Positions 15,923 through 20,000 of a stretch of DNA of 20,000 bases are shown piece by piece. A program made the position numbers and the translations under genes. Numbering within the stretch: the first letter of the stretch is position 1; each line of letters opens with the position of its first letter. The notes beneath the pieces are model-generated. The model saw nothing but the letters and a program-made list of their open reading frames with translations. It was not told the DNA's origin and did no database searches. The DNA comes from an uncultured virus (IMG/VR IMGVR_UViG_3300050505_000328) (Duplodnaviria; Heunggongvirae; Uroviricota; Caudoviricetes): the IMG/VR virus record IMGVR_UViG_3300050505_000328; one strand, written 5' to 3'.

Positions 15923-16281
15923 GGCTCCCGACCTACCAATTCGTCGTGACGCTGGACCTCAAGGCGTACGAGCTCTCGGTCGCCCTCGACGGTCGGTCGT
16001 ACTGCTACCGCCCGTGCCTGCTGGCGCGCGTCCTGGCGCCGGACCAGCGCGCGCTGTGGCGGAGCCTCAAGCCGAGCGAGACGATGGTCAAGGTCTCCCA
16101 CGGCACCTACCTCGTCACGCACGCCTGCGTGGACGCTTGCCACTGCCCGCGCTGCGGGGCCGACGTCGGCGTGCTCTGCGGCCGGGAGCCACGTGGTGGG
16201 GGCGCCAGACTCCTCACGACCTCGACCCACTACCAGCGCCGGGACCTGTACCGGGCCGCGCTCGGGCGAGGAAAGAATTAA
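15919..16281 (+). CDS. Cys/His-rich (zinc-binding) hypothetical protein
   Basis: CPRC...C...HYxRR pattern; last gene before the non-coding gap. Confidence 0.7.
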   Translation: MRLPTYQFVVTLDLKAYELSVALDGRSYCYRPCLLARVLAPDQRALWRSLKPSETMVKVSHGTYLVTHACVDACHCPRCGADVGVLCGREPRGGGARLLTTSTHYQRRDLYRAALGRGKN

Positions 16282-16289
16282 CGATCTGC

Positions 16290-16500
16290 CCAACACCTGG
16301 CACCTGTTGGGGGGTGTTGGGTGTTGGGCAACGGAGGGGTTATTTTTCTAAAAATAATTCCGAAAACCTTCCGGAGTTATTTTTCAAAAAATAATTATCC
16401 CAACAGACCAACACCCACCAACACCCGGAGGTGTTTGGCAAAAAAAAATTCTAAGTAGTCGTAATCGTTGATGTCCCTTACATGACCAACACCCCAACAC
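16290..16500. other. Putative replication origin (iterons plus AT-rich palindromes)
   Basis: CCAACAS heptamers on + (16290, 16400, 16408, 16418, 16486, 16494) and - (16304, 16314, 16321). They flank two 21-nt AT-rich direct repeats (16339-16359, 16376-16396) upstream of the primase-helicase gene. Confidence 0.7.
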
Positions 16501-16764
16501 GTGATCTAAGTAAATAGAGGGGTAGAAGTGTAACGGAATGACCATTGGTATATGGCTTCGGTGGAAGATTTTTGAAGACGAGGCTGACAGATCGCGCGCG
16601 CCTGCGCGCATGTACCCGCGCGCGTACACGCGCGTACGCGAGGCGACCGTGGCACCCCGCACTGTCACGGTCGCGACTGCGACGAATGTGGTCTTGACGC
16701 CGACACCGGACTTCTGGCAAAAGCGAAGGTCCGTCGCCGTGAACCCGTAGTCCCGATCCCCAAG

Positions 16765-16798
16765 AAAAAAGCCCCTGGGCCGGGAGACCCAGGGGCTT
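16765..16798 (-). terminator. Rho-independent terminator-like hairpin, minus orientation
   Basis: 11-bp perfect stem AAGCCCCTGGG / CCCAGGGGCTT with an 8-nt loop and an A6 tract on the left (U tract on the minus strand). Confidence 0.55.
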
Positions 16799-16900
16799 GG
16801 AAAGTCGCGCAATGCCAGTGCGAGACCAATCCGACGAGTCGGAAGTTAGCCAAAATCGTGAGCGAGATCAACAACAAAAAGCCCATTCGCAAGGTGGGCG

Positions 16901-19660
16901 GTGAAGGTCTCCAACTTCGACCACGCGAAGGATAACGACCCGAAACAGGGCGATATCACTTGGGAATACTTCGCGGCCGAGCTCGGACCCCACGATTATC
17001 GCTACCAGGTCAAGAAATTCGTCCCCTGCTTCAGCCCGGCCGAGTTCGACCTCAGCGCCCCGAACGTCGTTCGCGACGACGCCTTCGTCGTCCGGCTCTG
17101 GATGTTCGTCCTCGACGTCGACGAGGTGAGCGAGCAGACGTACCTCGCGCTCGTCGCCTTCGTGCGCCAGCTCGGGCTGGCGGCCGTCGTGTACTCCACG
17201 TGGTCGCACGCGGAGTCGCTCGCCAAGACCGGCCTGTACAAGTTCCGGGTCGTCATCCCGCTCGACCAGCCGGTGGACGCGGCGCGCTGGCGCGAGTTCT
17301 GGGCTAAGGCGAATCACGGCCTCTTCGGGGGCGTCGGCGACCTCAAGTGCAAGAACGAGAGCCGGCTCTACTTCGGCCCCTTCGCCCCCGCCGGCACCGA
17401 GGCGGTGAACTTCTACTACGCGCTCCCCGGCAACGCGCTCGCGACCGAGTCCGTGTTCGCCCTGCCCCTGCCCGAGGGCGTGCGCGACACGCGGGCGACC
17501 GACGGCGAGGAGCGGAAGACCAAGGACAGCGAGGCCGTCGCCATGCTCGCCGCCGTGTGGCCGAGCCAGCGCCGGCACGAGGCGCACCTCGCGCTAGCGG
17601 GCGGACTGCTCTCAAGCGGCGTAACCGACGAGCGCGCGGTCGAGTTCCTGTGCGCGGTCGCGCGCCAGCACGACGGCAGCGAAGAGGAGCGCGACAAGCG
17701 CGAGAGCGCCGTGCAGCACACGCGCGACCAGCTCGACGCGAACGAGAAGATCACGGGCTGGACCACGCTCGCGGGCATCGTCGGCTACGACGTCGTCGAG
17801 AAGGTCCGCGCCCTCGTCGAGCGCGCCCCGGACATCTCACTCGAGCAGCTCACGCGCTACTCCAAGGAACTGAAGAAGAGCAAGTTCGACAACAAGCGCG
17901 AGCTGGGCGACGCGCTCGCGAAGGTCTGCGAGCGGCGCCCTTTCCCCGAGCCGCTCGCGCTGAAGCTCGCGGCGGAGCTCGGCACGCGGTACGTCGATTA
18001 CAACGCTAAGTCCATCGCGGCGCTCTTCGACGAGAGCCTGCGCGTCATGGTCGCCGATGGTGAGGACGTGACCGTCGAGCAGGTCGAGGCGCGCATCAAG
18101 CTGAAGCAGGACGAGGTCCGGCAGGAGCGCGACGAGCGGCGGAAGAAAGAACAGCGGCGCGAGCAGGAGGTCGAGCACGACAAGGCGAGCCGCATCCGCG
18201 AGTCGTTTAACAACGGCCGCTCGCACCCGTACACGGTCGAGGAGCTGCAGCGGTTCGCTCCGGTCATCAGCACGGGGCACCAGTGGATCCTGCAGAAGGA
18301 CCGCGCGTTCTACTTCTACCACTACGGCAAGCACCGCGGCCCGTACACGGAGGCGGAGGCGCACAACGCCGCGCTGCGCGAGCTGGCGCCGGCATCGAGC
18401 GCGGGCGTCGAGCTCTACAAGGTCACGAAGGACGGCGCCGAGTTCAAGAGCCTGCGCCAGCTCGTCGCCGAGTACGGCACCGTCGCCGACGAGCTCATCC
18501 TCGACATGCGCGCGCAGACCACGACGTACGACCCGAGCGTGCGGACGATCATCGAGGCGCCGTGCCCGCTCCGCCCGATCGCGCCGGTCTACCACGCCGA
18601 CATCGACGAGTGGCTCTACCACCTCGCGGGGCCGGAGTACTGGTACGACCTGAAGACGTGGCTCGCGATCCTGCCGCGGCTCGACATCGTGCGCGTCGCG
18701 CTCTTCCTGACCGGCAAGAAGAGCCTCGGCAAGAGCCTGCTCGCGCTCGGCTGCGCGCGGCTCTGGACGACGCGCGGGCCGACCTCGCTCGACGCCGCGT
18801 TCGGCCCGTTCAACGACATCGTCGCGAGCTGCCCGCTCTGCTTCGCTGACGAGCAACTACCGAAGGACTTCCGCGGCTACACGATGAACCCGCAGCTCCG
18901 CCACCACATCCAGGCGACCGAGCGCATGTACAAGCGGAAGTTCCTGCCGAACGGCAAGCTCATCGGCGTCACGCCGACGATCGTAGCCGCGCACGACCCG
19001 TCGATCCTGCGCACGCCCGAGGACCTCTCGAATAACGAGATCGAGGGCATCATGGAGCGCTACTTCCACATCGCGGTGCGCGACGCGGCGGGGGACTACC
19101 TGGCGTGGCTCCGCCCGACGACGTTCGAGCGCGGCTGGGTCGAGGGCGACAAGATCGCAGAGTTCGTGATGTGGCTGTACTACAACCACCGGCACGAGTC
19201 GCAGGGCCGCTTCTACATCAACCGCCCCGACGTCGAGAACACGCGCTGGCTCGCGACCTCGAGCGGGGCGCGCAGTGCGGTGCTGCGGTGGCTCTGCAGC
19301 TACCTCTCGGACCGCCGCAAGTTCGAGGGCGACCCGAACACCAAGATGTACGTGCGCGTTTATAAGGGCCAACTGCTCGTCAACATCTCTGGGCTCCTCG
19401 AATTCTGGGACAAGTACATCGGCAACGAGAAGTGCCCGCCCTCGGGGAAGCTCGCGCAGACCATCGGCGAACTCGCGTACCCGAAGCAGCGCATCCAGCT
19501 CCTGAACGGGAAAAGAATCCCGATGAACTACCGCGTGATCGTTCCCGACAACATCTACGCCTGGGCAAAGAACAGCGACCTGATCACGGAAGAGGAGATC
19601 GCGAAGCAGCTCTCCACTGATTCGATCGAAACCAACATTGGTCTCACGAAAACGGCTTGA
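16901..19660 (+). CDS. AEP-type primase fused to a PriCT-like region and a C-terminal SF3/D5-like helicase domain
   Basis: AEP-like motifs FVLDVD, YSTWSH, KFRVVIPL, DLKCKNESRLYF; helical RHEAHLALAGGLLSSG; Walker A-like LTGKKSLGKS and Walker B-like CFADE. Confidence 0.85.
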   Translation: MKVSNFDHAKDNDPKQGDITWEYFAAELGPHDYRYQVKKFVPCFSPAEFDLSAPNVVRDDAFVVRLWMFVLDVDEVSEQTYLALVAFVRQLGLAAVVYSTWSHAESLAKTGLYKFRVVIPLDQPVDAARWREFWAKANHGLFGGVGDLKCKNESRLYFGPFAPAGTEAVNFYYALPGNALATESVFALPLPEGVRDTRATDGEERKTKDSEAVAMLAAVWPSQRRHEAHLALAGGLLSSGVTDERAVEFLCAVARQHDGSEEERDKRESAVQHTRDQLDANEKITGWTTLAGIVGYDVVEKVRALVERAPDISLEQLTRYSKELKKSKFDNKRELGDALAKVCERRPFPEPLALKLAAELGTRYVDYNAKSIAALFDESLRVMVADGEDVTVEQVEARIKLKQDEVRQERDERRKKEQRREQEVEHDKASRIRESFNNGRSHPYTVEELQRFAPVISTGHQWILQKDRAFYFYHYGKHRGPYTEAEAHNAALRELAPASSAGVELYKVTKDGAEFKSLRQLVAEYGTVADELILDMRAQTTTYDPSVRTIIEAPCPLRPIAPVYHADIDEWLYHLAGPEYWYDLKTWLAILPRLDIVRVALFLTGKKSLGKSLLALGCARLWTTRGPTSLDAAFGPFNDIVASCPLCFADEQLPKDFRGYTMNPQLRHHIQATERMYKRKFLPNGKLIGVTPTIVAAHDPSILRTPEDLSNNEIEGIMERYFHIAVRDAAGDYLAWLRPTTFERGWVEGDKIAEFVMWLYYNHRHESQGRFYINRPDVENTRWLATSSGARSAVLRWLCSYLSDRRKFEGDPNTKMYVRVYKGQLLVNISGLLEFWDKYIGNEKCPPSGKLAQTIGELAYPKQRIQLLNGKRIPMNYRVIVPDNIYAWAKNSDLITEEEIAKQLSTDSIETNIGLTKTA

Positions 19661-19686
19661 CGCATTCGCTCGACAAAGTGTATACA
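19657..19686 (+). promoter_or_regulatory. Candidate sigma70-type promoter
   Basis: TTGACG (19657-19662), 18-nt spacer, TATACA (19681-19686), just upstream of ATG 19696 in an AT-richer patch. Confidence 0.35.
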
Positions 19687-19695
19687 GTTCGTTCG

Positions 19696-19872
19696 ATGGC
19701 AAAAAAGCTGGATCCGATGGTGAGATTGTCACCGAAACTCGTGAAACAGATAGATGCTCACGCGAAGTACTTGCGAGCTAAGACCGGGATGGTCGTGAGC
19801 CGGACCAGCGCAGTTCAGGCGCTGCTGACTGAAGTCCTCGAAGAAAAAAAGAACGGGAACAAGCGCGGATGA
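19696..19872 (+). CDS. Ribbon-helix-helix (CopG/Arc-like) DNA-binding protein
   Basis: MVRLSPKLVKQIDAHA...VSRTSAVQALLTEVL matches the RHH strand-helix-SR-helix pattern. Confidence 0.7.
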   Translation: MAKKLDPMVRLSPKLVKQIDAHAKYLRAKTGMVVSRTSAVQALLTEVLEEKKNGNKRG

Positions 19873-20000
19873 GCGCTCTCCTCCCCATCTACCCACCCAT
19901 CGACCCCGAGAAAGAACCTTGGATCTCCGCCACACAGATCTCGAACTACGAACTCTGCAACCGCAAGTGGGCCTGGCGGTGGCTGGAGCGGCAGTACGCG
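19869..20000 (+). CDS. N-terminus of a PD-(D/E)XK (RecB/Cas4-like) nuclease (partial)
   Basis: ATGA overlap. Translation MSALLPIYPPIDPEKEPWISATQISNYELCNRKWAWRWLE... fits the S.S.l..Y..C.RKW start of PDDEXK_1-type exonucleases; the ORF runs off the window. Confidence 0.6.
   Translation, partial: MSALLPIYPPIDPEKEPWISATQISNYELCNRKWAWRWLERQYA

Noticed and set aside
16538..16750. 70-aa ORF in the origin/leader gap
   Set aside because: No convincing RBS, low-complexity translation of the alternating CG tract, and no coupling to neighbouring genes.
504..19935. Many long minus-strand and alternate-frame ORFs (e.g. 3313..4635, 11441..12298, 17837..18856)
   Set aside because: They are shadow ORFs of high-GC + strand genes, with R/A/P-rich or antisense-type composition and no motifs.

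Overview
High-GC, gene-dense phage or prophage early/replication region. About 40 mostly small CDSs lie on the + strand, many joined by ATGA/GTGA/TGATG overlaps. Recognisable products: an SF1 (UvrD/Rep-like) helicase, an HExxH protein, a candidate SAM-lyase/DUF3574-like protein, a phage N6-adenine MTase-like protein (NPPG variant), a lectin-domain lipoprotein-like ORF, a Cro/YdaS-like HTH, an orphan Xre/MbcA/ParS antitoxin-domain protein, a UDG-superfamily protein, an iteron/AT-rich origin candidate, an AEP primase-helicase, an RHH regulator and the start of a PD-(D/E)XK nuclease. The standout is a stand-alone Cas7/RAMP-like gene (11432-12145) with no other recognisable cas gene and no classical CRISPR array. 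It is flanked on both sides by non-coding arrays of about 400 nt. Each unit has an RCGAC anchor followed by 5-nt-periodic NN-NCC modules, read as GGN-NN on the minus strand. This is a candidate RNA-guided, VIPR-like system with a non-contiguous guide code. All assignments are from reading motifs by eye; no searches were run.
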